Positions 43,001 through 55,400 of a DNA stretch of 64,000 nt are shown here, piece by piece. The notes under the pieces are model-generated. The model did no database searches and was not told the origin of the DNA. It saw only the letters and a list, made by a program, of their open reading frames with translations. This DNA is from Tubulanus polymorphus. Its lineage: Eukaryota; Animalia; Nemertea. The DNA is taken from contig NC_134035.1 of assembly GCF_964204645.1 (NCBI RefSeq), positions 5,828,001 through 5,892,000 on the forward strand, in the 5' to 3' direction. The position numbers and the translations under genes are program-made. Position 1 is the first letter of the stretch. Each line of letters begins with the position of its first letter.

Positions 43001-46000
43001 AATTAAGCAAAAAGAAACTAAGACAGATTAAGAGAATGGTAAGCCTTGTAACGTCAACCAACAGAGTTTTTCGTGTAATTCATGTTGTCTGCTGATTAAA
43101 AGCTTCACATTTCATAAACGTGTGTTCGGACGATCTGCCCACCTCTGATGTTCTTATCAGTTTTGTAGTTTGATTTTAACTTTTTCGTATTTGAATATTT
43201 TAATATAGGAAATTCTTTTGCTAATCGCCGCTAACTAATGCACACTGTATTTAGTAATTAGCACCCTCTCGAGGAATGTGAGGTTTAAATACGTGATTTT
43301 TGATCACTCATAGGTTATATATCCGGTAGGTGATAGTACGTATTCTACACAAGATTCAAGCTTTTATTCCAGTTCATAAGAAATCATTGCTGATCATTGC
43401 CTGTTGAATATGTCCGCTGAACAAAGAATGATTGTGCTATCTCGCAAAATCCCCTGCTAAAATTATTTGCTTTTGATCGGAATTAGAAAAAAGAGAAACT
43501 ATATGGAAAAACCCCTCGGCCTAATTTATCGGCCCAATCAGCTGTCATTCTGCTGTCTGTATCCTGAACCCCTCAGACAATCTGCTGTCTGTATACTTAC
43601 CCCACCCCTAATAATAGATCCATATTTATACGCAAAATATTATATCAAAGTTAGTTTTAAACTCATTTCAATGACATTTTAAACAATCAATACTCAAGAT
43701 TTTTAAAAAAAAGATACAAGTTTTTTCTAATATTACAAATAATTGACTATTCTCAAGAAGGGAATATAATGTATTTTGCTGTGTGTGCGCTAATAGCTTT
43801 GACCAGATGCACCCACCACTCAATGTTGCTATTGGGTCACGTTTTATTGGAAATTTTCATGTCGAACTAAAAAAAATAATTGCGATCTTGCTTCGAATTA
43901 TAGATTCCGGGAGGCAACACTCACATGCCGATGTCTTGGTGGGAACAATTTCTCGGGCTCGGGAAAAAGCTCACGGATTTGTTTCAAGTCAACCGGAAAA
44001 TTCTACCACCGCTGACCCGACGGTTTACCTGTATCTACAGCCGCGATAAGGAATACTTGTACGTCTCTCGCGGAAAACAGGAAATATCTTCCCGACCGTC
44101 GAGATGAGAGGAAAATAATGCTTTTGATTTTATTTTAGGTTCGCTATACCGGAACCGAAAGAGCTGTTTTTTAAGAACACGATTCGAAGTCGTATAGTTG
44201 ATTACATTCTGAGGAGAAAAGAATTTACGAACGACGTCAACGACGCTTACAGCTTCGGTAATTTGTTTTCGCTCATTGTGAAACGCCATATGCTAAGCCA
44301 CGCTTAGGTCTGTTGCTAACCCGGTCCTCATCAAGTCATGGTTCACAGGTGGTTAGTCGTTCATGAAGATGTTCAAAACGTATGGTTCATTCTGACGACT
44401 AAGAGATTTGACAGTGAAATAATGCGCACTCACCGGGGATGTAACCCGGGTCTAATACGTAGAAAGCAAGTGTGCTAACCAGTAGACCAATAGAACTAGT
44501 CCGCTTGGCCAGTAGTTATACAGCTTGTCCTATATGCGTAACATCATGTCGGTTCTAATTCAGGTGTTGGGCAGTGTTTCTTCGCCCATCAAACCGCTTA
44601 GAATAATGTCCTCCTAGTTGAGAACCAGTGAGATGAAAATCGCTGCTAGTATAACTTACAAGATTTGTTTTATATTATAACATTTCGTCGTTTGTTGTTT
44701 GTAGGAATATTCGGTAAGATCAGTATACGGTATTATTATACCTATCAGTAGGTACACAGACAAATTCAAATCATCGCGGCGTTCTTTGTAATGAAATTCA
44801 ATCATGATCAAAACACATTTTTAATTGCTGGTATTTTCATATTATGTCATTACCACGTTTCATTCGGGCTAAAATGTTCCATTGCATCCCGTTCACAGCG
44901 GAAAATTGTGCTTACAACACATTCATGTGAATCTAGATTTTCAATTGATCGCACCTCCATCAATACCGTGATTCTATGCCGCAGAATCGAAAATTGAACA
45001 GCTTCCACAGTGGAAGCTGTTTGATTTTCATATGGAAGCTGTTTAATTTCTGTTTAATTTTCGAATTTATCGCTTGTTCCCTGGATCCATTTCCATCCAT
45101 TTGAGTTAAGATATTTTTTCTAACCATTGAGAATTTATGATGAACAAAGAATTACGATATGGAATGGACGACCGAAAATCGACATTATATGTGAGTTAAG
45201 ATTCGGATTGAGCTCTTTGTAAACGAACTGATCTTGATTCGGAGTTAACTCTAACTCACAACTGTGGAACTGGATCATGAGTTCGGAGGTAACTGCTTCA
45301 ACTGTGGAACCGGATCCTTAGGACACCCTGAGCACTAGAAATATTAGCAATAGTTGATATTCACCAGTTGGAGATAGAAGTGACCATTTGCACGTATCTC
45401 TACCTGCTGAGTTGTGACTAGAGCTGATTTGCTGATTTGGGCTGATAATAAATTAAATTGTACTGATTAAACTATTGTTGTGTGTCATTCATTATCGTGA
45501 TGATTTTTGTAGGAATAAAGAGATTAATTAAAGATGACGTTTACGAAGCTGCATTTCCACTTCATGAGGTGAGATTGACGATAATGTTTGGTATCGATGA
45601 AATCTTTTTAAAGGCTCCATTAAAACAATACATGGGAGTAACTTCTCAGCATAGGAGACACTCCACAAGATGTTGCTAAAATCATTCCGTTTATACAGAG
45701 AAACAGGCTTAACTTTGTGCTTCGTTTTTCTGCATTATCAAGTCAAAGGTCAAGTCGTATTCACTCTATTCTACTGACGAATGTTGTCGGTATTTCAGGG
45801 TGGTTGGAAACCGGGAAAATCGAAACCGAACATGAGAAAACATTTGTACGATCAATGGGCCGCGTGGAGGAATGCATTTAAATCTCAACCTCTTGACTAT
45901 ATCCGGTATGTATTTCATTCCTAATGTTCTTAGTAAAAAAAACTTTTGATTTGTGTTCTTAGGCGGGATCCAGTACCACAGTCTTTAGTTCAGATCTGGC

Positions 46001-47846
46001 TCTGAGTTAACTCTAACTCACAAGTGTGGAACTAGGGGTTTTGATCGAACATATTCCGGTTAAGGAATATCAATTCTGGATTACAAACTCTCTACCGGCC
46101 GCTTCTATCAGGTTTAAAGATTACGCTATTTCGGAATAGGTAAAGCGTATTCTGCTGTCAGAAGATAATGCACTAGAAGAGAATTCTGGAATTAGTAGAG
46201 ACCGAACAAAACCTGTGTTAATTTTGATTTCCAGAGATTTTGCCACGCTTGACCGCGAGATAACTTTTCAAATATCTCCTAATATCTTTATTTGGTCTGG
46301 GTTATTTTTGTAGGAATTATTTCGGAGAGAAGATAGCGTTATACTTTGCCTGGTTAGGTTTCTATACGTATATGCTGGTACCGGCGTCGATTGTTGGAGT
46401 TATTGTTTTCATGTACGGTTTGATGACCATCAGTTCTAACGAAGTCACGTAAGTTCATCTTGTACCGAGGCGGCCCGGGATTCATACTAGTCCTGAAAAT
46501 CTTGGAAAAAACATGGAAATTATCAATCATTTATGGCCTACTTTTATGATATTGAAGGTTTTATGCTTTTACAGTTCTTAGAGTTTAGTCATGCCCTTTT
46601 ATCTATAAGATCCAATGTACGCTGTGTTGAGGTTGACGTACTATACTGTATTTATAAATGATATGAATGTTTATGGAATAAGTTAACTAATCTTCTGAGA
46701 TGATTTGTTTCTCATAGTTGAAAATTTATACCTGTCTTGTCATTTTCATACACTCGTCCGATTGTAATGTAATTGTATTGTAATGGGTTCACTGATTTGG
46801 ACTTGGAACTTGAGGATTTTGTCTTACCCGGTATGAACTGGAGGAATGGAAATTCAAGTCGAATCGTGTTGAGATTCGGCTATGTTTCGAATGTGGTCTG
46901 TTTGTTCAGAATATGAGGATCACTGATTCTCTGATAAATCGGAAGAAACAGCGCCCTCACCGAGGATATCTTATGATTTGATCAGGGAATTTTTACTCGA
47001 TGGTTGGGGAATGGTACAAGGAACCTCTTGATAAGTAACCGCCATTAATCGAGGAATTTTAGGTCGACAGTCAGAAAATTTCGGATTCCCAGATCTGTAA
47101 GAACCCTGTAAAATACTCCCCATTTTATGGACTGGCTCAGTCATTAATCATCCCCTCATCCAGTAATGATATGGCAAGATTTTCAGTTATATTTTACCGT
47201 AATAAGTTTGTTTTTTGCTCGACAGGAAGGATATTTGTGGGAAGAACTCTGCTAATATAGTCATGTGTCCGCTCTGTGATAGGCGATGTGCCTATTGGAA
47301 TCTTACAGACGCTTGCGCTCACATGAGGGCCAGTCATCTATTCGATAATGGTGCAACTTTCTTTTTTGCAATTTTCATGTCTATTTGGGGTGAGTTCAAC
47401 TTAAGATAATTTTCATAAGAAAACTTTTAAAGCACACACGTGACTAAAACAAGTATGGTAGGAAATATAATTATTTCTGGTTACTACCACCCCTCTTCAG
47501 TCTGAAATGGAATGACGCTTTGGACTCTGTTTGTTTCCATAGACAAGTGACTGTCTGACATCAATGAAGTGAAAAACCACAATATACTTGAAGAAAACTA
47601 GAAGAAAATCTGATGTTTCGACTCAATTCTACGAGCCATTTTCAAAATCTGATTTTGAATTTGGCTCATAGAATTAGCTCTAGAGACATATTGATATACT
47701 GGGTTTTTCATTTCTACACTTATTTCATCGATTCAGGTACAATCTTCCTGGAGTTTTGGAAACGAACGGAGGCTGATATTCAGTTCAGATGGAGTTTGAT
47801 GAACTTTGAAAGTGAAGAGGTACGTATGATATACAGTATAGAATAT

Positions 47847-47909
<63 letters not shown>

Positions 47910-50900
47910 CTCACAGTTCATTAGATTTACAAGTATTTATTTATAGGAACCTGCAAGACCGGAATATTTAGGAAGTCATGGAAGATTCATTACGAAGAAG
48001 AAACATTTTATTTCAGGGGTATGAGAACTATTTCACACGTTTCCTGTATCTAGTAGAATAACTGAAGCTATTTTCAGTTTTCATCGTTTTTTATGTATTT
48101 CTCTTTTAGATCGATGAACCACACATGCCTTTCTGGAGAGTTCGGGTACCAGTTTTTGTGATGTCATTTTCCGTCATGTTACTGCTGGTAAGCCAATGAT
48201 AATTCTCACTCAATTTCTGGGTCAGTTTCACGATGTTACCGACAGTCACTAATGATACAGTCTCGTTGCAACAAACTTCAGCGGACAAGAAAATCTGTTC
48301 GTTAAAACCGGTACTCCGTTATGTTTGTTTCTAAATTATAGAAATTGTCCTACTCAGGACAAAATTCTAGGTCAATTTCACGAGCAATGTCTTTGATAGT
48401 CACTAGTTATACATACTCGTTGCAAAGAACTTCGGGGAACAAGAAAATCTGTTCGTATTTATCCACCAGTTAAATCTAACCAATTTTTTAGCAACTGCGA
48501 CCCCTTTTTTTATAACCGATAGTACATTGCATCCAGTACAAAATAGTCAAAAACGTGGTATTCAAAGAAAAAAGAACGTCATTCAGTAAATTATTGCCGC
48601 GGCTTTCGCGGCTGCAGTTTATGTTAGTTCGTGCTAGTATTTAATCATATTTCATGTTCACTATTCCGCAACATAGAGACCTTTCTAGAAATATGATGCC
48701 AATGGCTACCTCCATTGATGTACACAATATCCTTGGAATATTCTTCGTATCGTATCATATTTATTTTCGGAATAATTTACATCAACGTATAAAAGGTATA
48801 TTAGGCTTAAATTAGAAAAGTACTACGATTAATTTGTACTGATGTAAAGTAACAGCAGGGCAACCTGAAAAAAGCGAAGCTTGTAGTATCAGGCACCCTG
48901 ATAGGATTAGAATTAGAATAGGCACCCTTTTCTCATGTTTCACTCAATGTGTGCTCCTAGATGATATGTATAGTATTGATTGTATATATTTGACAGGTAA
49001 CCGTAGCAATTGGTTGCGTTGTTGGCGTAATCACGTACCGAGCCGCTGTGCGAGCCGCGCTGTTCGCCACCGATACCGAATTCGTTTATACGCACGCGAG
49101 TATCATTACCTCCGTCACTGCTGCGTGTATCAACTTGGCCATCATCTGCGTCTTACGGCTGGTAAGTGAACGACAAGGAAAAACTTGATAATGTAGTTTT
49201 CTGGTTTGGAAAGATTTGTGAATTAGGATATAGATATTCCTCTAATCCGGGAAATATTTGGAACCGAATTTAACAGTAGGACTAGACGATAGGGCCCAGT
49301 TTTATAGACTGGTTAATTTTAACCCGTGGGCTAATTCAATACAACCCTCGGGTTAAGGTTTATACCATTCTATAAAACCAGCCCTTGGACTATAGGAAAA
49401 CATGAGTGTACTGTGTATATATGTTTCTAGGTGTATAACATACTGGCAGTGAAATTGACCGATATGGAGCATCTACGAACCCAATCTGACTACGACGATA
49501 GTTTGACTTTGAAACTCTACATGTTACAGTTCGTCAACTATTACTCGTCATTATTCTACATCGCGTTCTTCAAGGGAAAGTAAGTTTTCACAGCAGTTGC
49601 GGGATTCATTTTTCAGCCATTCGTTCTGAGCCGACGGTTGGTTTGCGGTGGAGTATAATTGATGCTGTGTGGTAGTGGGTGTGTATCAATGATATTCTAA
49701 CTCAAGCATGTTACCATCCTCCCTAAGTATGGATTCGAACCTGATGGCATCGCTAGACTCAGCAACGGCACGAAACCATGCTACACTTGCCGGTGTGTGC
49801 AGGTTTACCGCACGGAAAGTTGTGGCACCAATCAGATTGCCCGTTGCATAACTGCTGAGGTAGATTTCATTGAAAAACTATAAATAGAAAAACCCGGGCT
49901 AAAATAAAATGGGATTTCTGATTGGTTAATAATGATATCATCCAAGCTGCGCACTCGGGCTAGTGTGGCAGGGTGGCCAACGTGTTTTGAATCCTCGCCG
50001 GTGCAGGATGACATGTTATTAGGAAGGAATTCGTTTATTGACTAATTATTGAACTCCGTATTTTCTGTCGTTCAGATTTGCTGGAAGACCGGGAAATTAT
50101 ACGCGAATTTTCAACTCCAGACAAGAATCGGTAAGTCACATACTCTTCATTAATCCGAGTTAAAATCTGAAGTGAATCTTGAAAACTATTGATGAAACGC
50201 TCTGATAAAAAACAAAATCCTTAAAGCAGAAAGAAAAATAAATCCTTAATCCTTAAATCCCTTGAAAATTATCAATTAGCAGGGAAACCATTTGGACATG
50301 TTTTTCATATCTGAGTTTGAGGTTTTTGAAGTTTGAATATTGTGTGTCAGTGTGTTTGCGTGTGTATTGATTTTAGTGTATGGGTGGAGGATGTTTAATC
50401 GAACTGTGTATCCAGCTGGCTATAATAATGGTCGGTAAACAGCTAATACAGAGCGTTGTCATGGAGTATTACGCCCCGTAAGTATTACTAAAAGCTGCAC
50501 TCGTCTCGTAATATCAGTTTCTGTTTTCAAACAGAAGTGCAATTCAGCTTTATATGATAAAAATAATTATAATAATTGAAAGTGCTTTACTTTGAAACAA
50601 TCTCAAAGCCTTTAAAAAAATGTGTATTTTTTCAACAATTTTGTTTTAAATACAACTACAGTGTAATTGTATTTTCATTGAATTTGAAATTGAATTCGAT
50701 TTGTCATAAAGTTAGTACCAGTACTGGCGTTAAGAACCAACAAGTCACAATTGATTTGCCCCTGTTTTCTCCTAATATTTGGGTCCTAAATGATCGTTTG
50801 TATTTCGTAATTCTATTCTCTATAGGAGATTGATTGTGCTAATTAAAAAATGGTACTACAAAATAGAGAAAGAAACCAAACAACATTGGACTCCGTGGGA

Positions 50901-53861
50901 AAAAGATTCGATCAAAGCTGAACTCGGACCTCAAGGAGTTTTCCATGAATATCTCGAAATGTGTAAGTATCTTGGTTTTGTTGATTTTGTAAGAAGTATT
51001 GAGTTTATGTCAATACAATATAAGCATAATGAACTTTACCACCAAAAATTTGGCAACCGCGATACAGGTTCAACAATCAGGATGGCCACTGACTGGGAAA
51101 ACCTGGAAAATTCAGGGAATCAGAAAAATTGTTTAAAAAATCAGGGAAAGTCGGGGAATTTGATGTATTTTACAAAAATCCTGAAAAACTCAGGAAATTT
51201 CGATGCGTAATTGACCATGTGTCTTTATCAATACGTGATTCAATGAAAAATGAATGAACTGTAACATTTTAAACCTAGAAATTTCTCTTATTCAATCACG
51301 GAATTTTTTGTCATCACATGGAAAACTCAGGAAATTTGGATATGTATATGCATTGACCACATGTCTTTATCAATATACGATTCAATAAAAAATGAATGCC
51401 ATTTTAAACTGAGAAATTTTTTCTGAATCACTTGGGGAATTTTTTGTAATCTCATGGAAAACTCGAGAACTCAGGGGATTTGTAAATAGGCAGAAAGTGG
51501 CGCCACCCTGTGCTAAGTTTGAACGGATGGTTGTTATCGTGTCCGATTCACTCGGTTTATTCTCTCAATGTTTTATAGTGATTCAGTTCGGATTCCTGAC
51601 TATATTCGTGGCAGCGTTTCCTCTCGCTCCGCTGTTCGCTCTGATCAACAACGTCGTCGAGATTCGCGGCGACGCGCAGAAATTCGTTACTCGTCTTCGT
51701 CGACCGGTCGCCTACAAAAAACAGAATATAGGTGGCGTATCATTCTCAACTTACACAATACAATACAACAATTCATTTCGTATTTAGACTTAACAGGGTT
51801 TCCAGCGGTCCTTCCAAGTCCTTCTTTGTCTTTCTTTTGGAAAAAGTTTGGACAAACATCATCTTTGTCCTTCTTTTTGACTCCTTTGAGTCCTTCCTTT
51901 TGATAAAAAAGTCCTTCCAAATTTGATTTTTATGTACTTTTTGTGCGCAATTTAGTCGCAAATTCGACTGTTGAAGTATTTTATTACTCAGACTTGGTAA
52001 TTCAGTAAGATTGAATATACAGGAAAGTGTTATGGAATTACCCTGACATGAATGACTGGTCTACATGACTAGTATTTCGGAAAAGGCATTGTCAAAATGC
52101 TTCCTTACAGGCCCTCATTTTACTGGAAAGTACCTCTTTCCGAGTCAAAAAGTCCCTCTTTTTGGGTCTCAAATTGCCGAAAAGTCCTTCTTAGTACTTC
52201 TTTTTATCCTGGCCTTACCACTGGAAACCCTGCTTAATCTTTCTGTGTGCTTTATGGCTATGAAGAATATGCTCTTTTTTATTTTACAGGAATCTGGTTC
52301 TCTGTTTTATCCGGTTTATCGAGAATAGCAGTTCTATCCAATGTAAGAATCATCTCCTCTGAGCTCAAAATACTGTTAAAGCATTTATGCCGATGACTAA
52401 TAATAATGCTGTTTCAAATACGCCTTGTGATTGTAATGAGCTCCAATGTTACTGTATACGTTGACTAGGGCGGTTGTTGAACATTGAATTGTACACAATT
52501 TGTCTATTTGTCTTGGAACCTATGCATACTTTGTAACTGCAATCAATTGCCAAGTTGCAGCTCAAAACATGTTCTATGATCCAATAGTGATGAGTTTTGA
52601 AGTCGTTGAATTCTGTATACGTTCACCAGGGGGTATTGAATATTGAAATTACTAAGTTTCATTTCGTTAAGTGATGTCCCTCGTTTGACCCATAGTTCCT
52701 CTCTGGTGTCACCTCCATTTGTGAAAAAGAAACATCGAACCCGCTAATAATGCCCTGCTCCGTGGGTCGAGGGTATTAAAAAAAACCGTAGTTCCTAATC
52801 CTTAAATCTATCATTATTTCAGGCTTTGATCATCGCATTCACATCAGATTTCATACCGCGCGTAGTATTCACCTCGTACTATAGTCAAACGGGAGATCTG
52901 AAGGGTTACATCAATTCTACGCTGTCTATATTCGATACAGAGGACTTTGAAAACGCGAGCATTCCAGCTGATTACTTCGTACAACAAAAGTCTTGCAGGT
53001 AAAAATTCATAAATTTTTCTTGTATATGTTGCCCTTTAGGTACGTTGCTGAACTGATTTTTGTTCCATAGGCCGTCTTGGATGTAAGTGCTGAAGAAAAC
53101 CCTGAAAACCCCAGTCACTCATCTTTACATGTTCGTTCCAGTTAACCTTGATAACAAGAATTTGAATAGCAGTACTCATTTTGTGCTTGTTTTTAGGTAT
53201 CGAGGTTATCACAATCCTCCGTGGCATAAGAACAAGTATGAATACACCGAGAAATTTTGGCATATTTTAGCTGCTCGAGTTTTGTTTGTGGTTTGTTTCC
53301 AGGTACGTAATACCTTGACTTTCTTCATCATAACCTAGAAATGAGTGAACTGTTACACTGCAGGTTCACTCAGGGAATTTCTCCATTCACCTGCTGCAGG
53401 TTCACTCAGGGAATTTCTCCATTCACCTGCTGCAGGTTCACTCAGGGAATTTTGATCCCTGATCCAACATTCACCTGCCACAGGTTTACTCAGGGGATTT
53501 CTCCATTCACCTGCTGCGGCCGCTCTGAGTTATTTTCAAGTTCATGATTCCTTGTTATTATGTTTTTCAGAATTTCTGTTACGCGATCACTAGCATGATA
53601 GCGTGGATCATTCCCGACGTTCCGCAGAAACTGAAACTGATGATGAGACGCGAGACGTACATCACGAACGAGATCATCCTGAAAACGGAGCTGAAACGAG
53701 CTCACGGCATCGACGTTTCATCGTCCGATAATTACCCGCTGTCCGACGATCGCATCAGAGCGATCAGTACAGCGGCCGCCGTTCTAATGAACTCGCGCAA
53801 TCATCAACCACCGCCTCACGCTCAGGAGAACGGTGACACCGACGCTGAGACTCATGTTTGA
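40007..53861 (+). CDS. Anoctamin/TMEM16 family Ca2+-activated channel or scramblase, about 23 core coding exons
   Basis: Exons encode [162 protein letters not shown] and IPDVP. ATG at 40007, stop at 53859-53861. Confidence 0.93.
40180..40937 (+). mobile_element. 5'-truncated LINE 3' end (CCHC knuckle, (CGTAAT)n tail) in an anoctamin intron
   Basis: ...DCGLSCIW...RLEKY...FRVGS...[19 protein letters not shown]..., with tail aataaaatcgtaatcgtaatcgtaa. Confidence 0.85.
41501..41745. repeat. Two-copy tandem duplication of about 130 bp containing a MITE remnant
   Basis: tgatatgacgaa.ctaccgatcaaata...agactg.tatcaa.tttaacc(c)gggg at 41501 and 41631. Confidence 0.7.
44300..44500 (-). mobile_element. 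tRNA-derived SINE remnant
   Basis: The minus strand reads tggtctactggttagcacacttgctttctacg...gaccgggttacatccccggtgagtgc, a degenerate A-box/B-box tRNA head. Confidence 0.5.
47851..47906. repeat. (AT)n microsatellite
   Basis: About 28 AT units in an anoctamin intron. Confidence 0.97.
51078..51510. mobile_element. MITE with CAGG(G/A)TGGC-type TIRs and internal ggaaaa.tcagggaa repeats
   Basis: caggatggccact...agtggcgccaccctg, with an internal duplication (about 51180-51330 vs 51320-51470). Confidence 0.65.
51794..52232. mobile_element. MITE with CAGGGTTTCCAG TIRs and a 5-bp TSD (CTTAA)
   Basis: cttaa|cagggtttccagcgg...ccactggaaaccctg|cttaa, with internal gtcctt repeats. Confidence 0.8.
53358..53517. 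repeat. 36-bp minisatellite (about 4 copies) in the last anoctamin intron
   Basis: Units of ctgcaggttcactcagggaatttctccattcacctg at 53358, 53394 and 53430, plus a variant copy. Confidence 0.9.
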
Positions 53862-54739
53862 GGAAATCAACATTGTATCCCAGTTATAGGATGTCAGAAC
53901 ATCCAGCCTTCTTCCCGAAATAGCGGCCAAATAGCAGAGAGACTGTTACGATACAAACAGATATTGTTATTTATGGAGGAGTCGCTCGCTATGTAAGAAT
54001 TTACAGTTTTTCGAATCTTCTCCCATCTTGCCGCCGATCTAACCACCTGTAGGTACATACACAACCTTGAATGCGCGTCATATGACTGTAGGCTTAGGTA
54101 CCGTACATGTTGTACGAAGAGTACAATTCAAAAATTTGACGGAGACTCTCGGAGTTACTAACGAGATACACTTCCAATCCTTGACTCGCTTGACGAAATA
54201 TTGCATTCAGGTTTCCATCCCTAGACCAAATCTAGTTGTCAGAAGTTCTCAGATTATCTCGAAGCTCAAAATCTATCCTACGCACATCCATCACCCAAAT
54301 ATCCACCCCTGATCATGGAGACACGTATTACATCGACCCGACACTAGACGTAAGTAAAAGTTGTAAGGAAAAGCCCGGGATAGATAGTAACTACAAGAGC
54401 TTCATTGTATAATCTATTGATTACTGTGGTATCTAGAAAATTAGTGGCGTCGAAAAATTGACTTTGTAAACGTAGATTTACAAGTATTATTGTGTAGTAC
54501 CATCGGCTGTTTACTAATATTCTTTATAGTATATAATCAATTGTGATAATATTTACTATCTGAAAAATTCCTTTCTTCGATGTAAATGTAAGATGTATAA
54601 TGTGATAACAATAGCTGGATGAATTGAGCAAGTAATACATACAATTCAAGATAGCATTTTTCAGGTTTTAGCTGTGCCCATAACACGTAGTTCAGTTGTG
54701 GTCAGTTCTATTGTTGTTGACTGATTCTCGGTCTACTGT

Positions 54740-54962
54740 TAAGCCTTAGACACTGGGCGATTCAGTCGGGCGACCATTTTCTCACCAATTTGATAATTGT
54801 GCGTTGTTGACGCACTAGGCGACGCTATCGGGCAACTGAGCGCACCGCAGTTGTGAAATAATCAGACGCTAGACAATCTAGTCGTCAACCCTGATACACC
54901 TACGTAGGTTTTACCGATGATTTTGTCGCACGACGAAATCGCCCAGTGTGTCCCCCGCTTTA
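54740..54962. mobile_element. MITE with acactgggcgatt...aatcgcccagtgt inverted ends, downstream of the anoctamin stop
   Basis: Inverted terminal similarity of about 30 bp. Confidence 0.6.
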
Positions 54963-55238
54963 CACCTAGACTGTATGATCTAGTTTCATGACTGCGGGGC
55001 ACAATAACCCGTGTGAAAAATTACATTTTGAAATCTACATTCGTTAGGTTGAGGAATCGTCCCTAGCAGTAAGCTGATAACAAGTTTATGAAACTGGCTA
55101 AGACCTTGGAGTAATCATTTGAATGGCGGTTGCTCGCGCTATTCAAATGTAATGAACGCGCTTCACATGATTACTCCGAGCTAGGACTGTGCTACAGGGC
55201 TCCTGATGCTGACTAAATGAATTTAGCTTATACAGTTA

Positions 55239-55400
55239 CAGTCAAATCTGCTTAATTCGGATCAGTTGAATCCAGATTTTGATAATCTACGTACATATTA
55301 TTTACAGTCCATCTTTAGATAAATGTAAAATATGATATTAGTAAATTGTTCTTCTTGAAATCTCCTCGGTTCCAAGTGATCCGAATTAAGCAAGTTCCAC
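55239..55400. mobile_element. Tc1/mariner (pogo-like) MITE remnant
   Basis: ta|cagtcaaatctgcttaattcggatca...tgatccgaattaagcaagtt. A related right end lies at about 34820-34875. Confidence 0.5.

Noticed and set aside
44420-44495. tRNA gene; B-box-like ggattcgaacc motifs also at about 49731 and 58382
   Set aside because: The cloverleaf and T-loop are degenerate or incomplete. These are better explained as SINE remnants.
47613-47924. ORFs with YIYIYI runs, and the poly-Y ORF at 62541-62777
   Set aside because: These are translations of (AT)n and (AAT)n microsatellites.
53034-53045. AG|GT zero-length or recursive splice site
   Set aside because: The intron is under 200 nt, whereas recursive splicing is a long-intron phenomenon. 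Probably chance.
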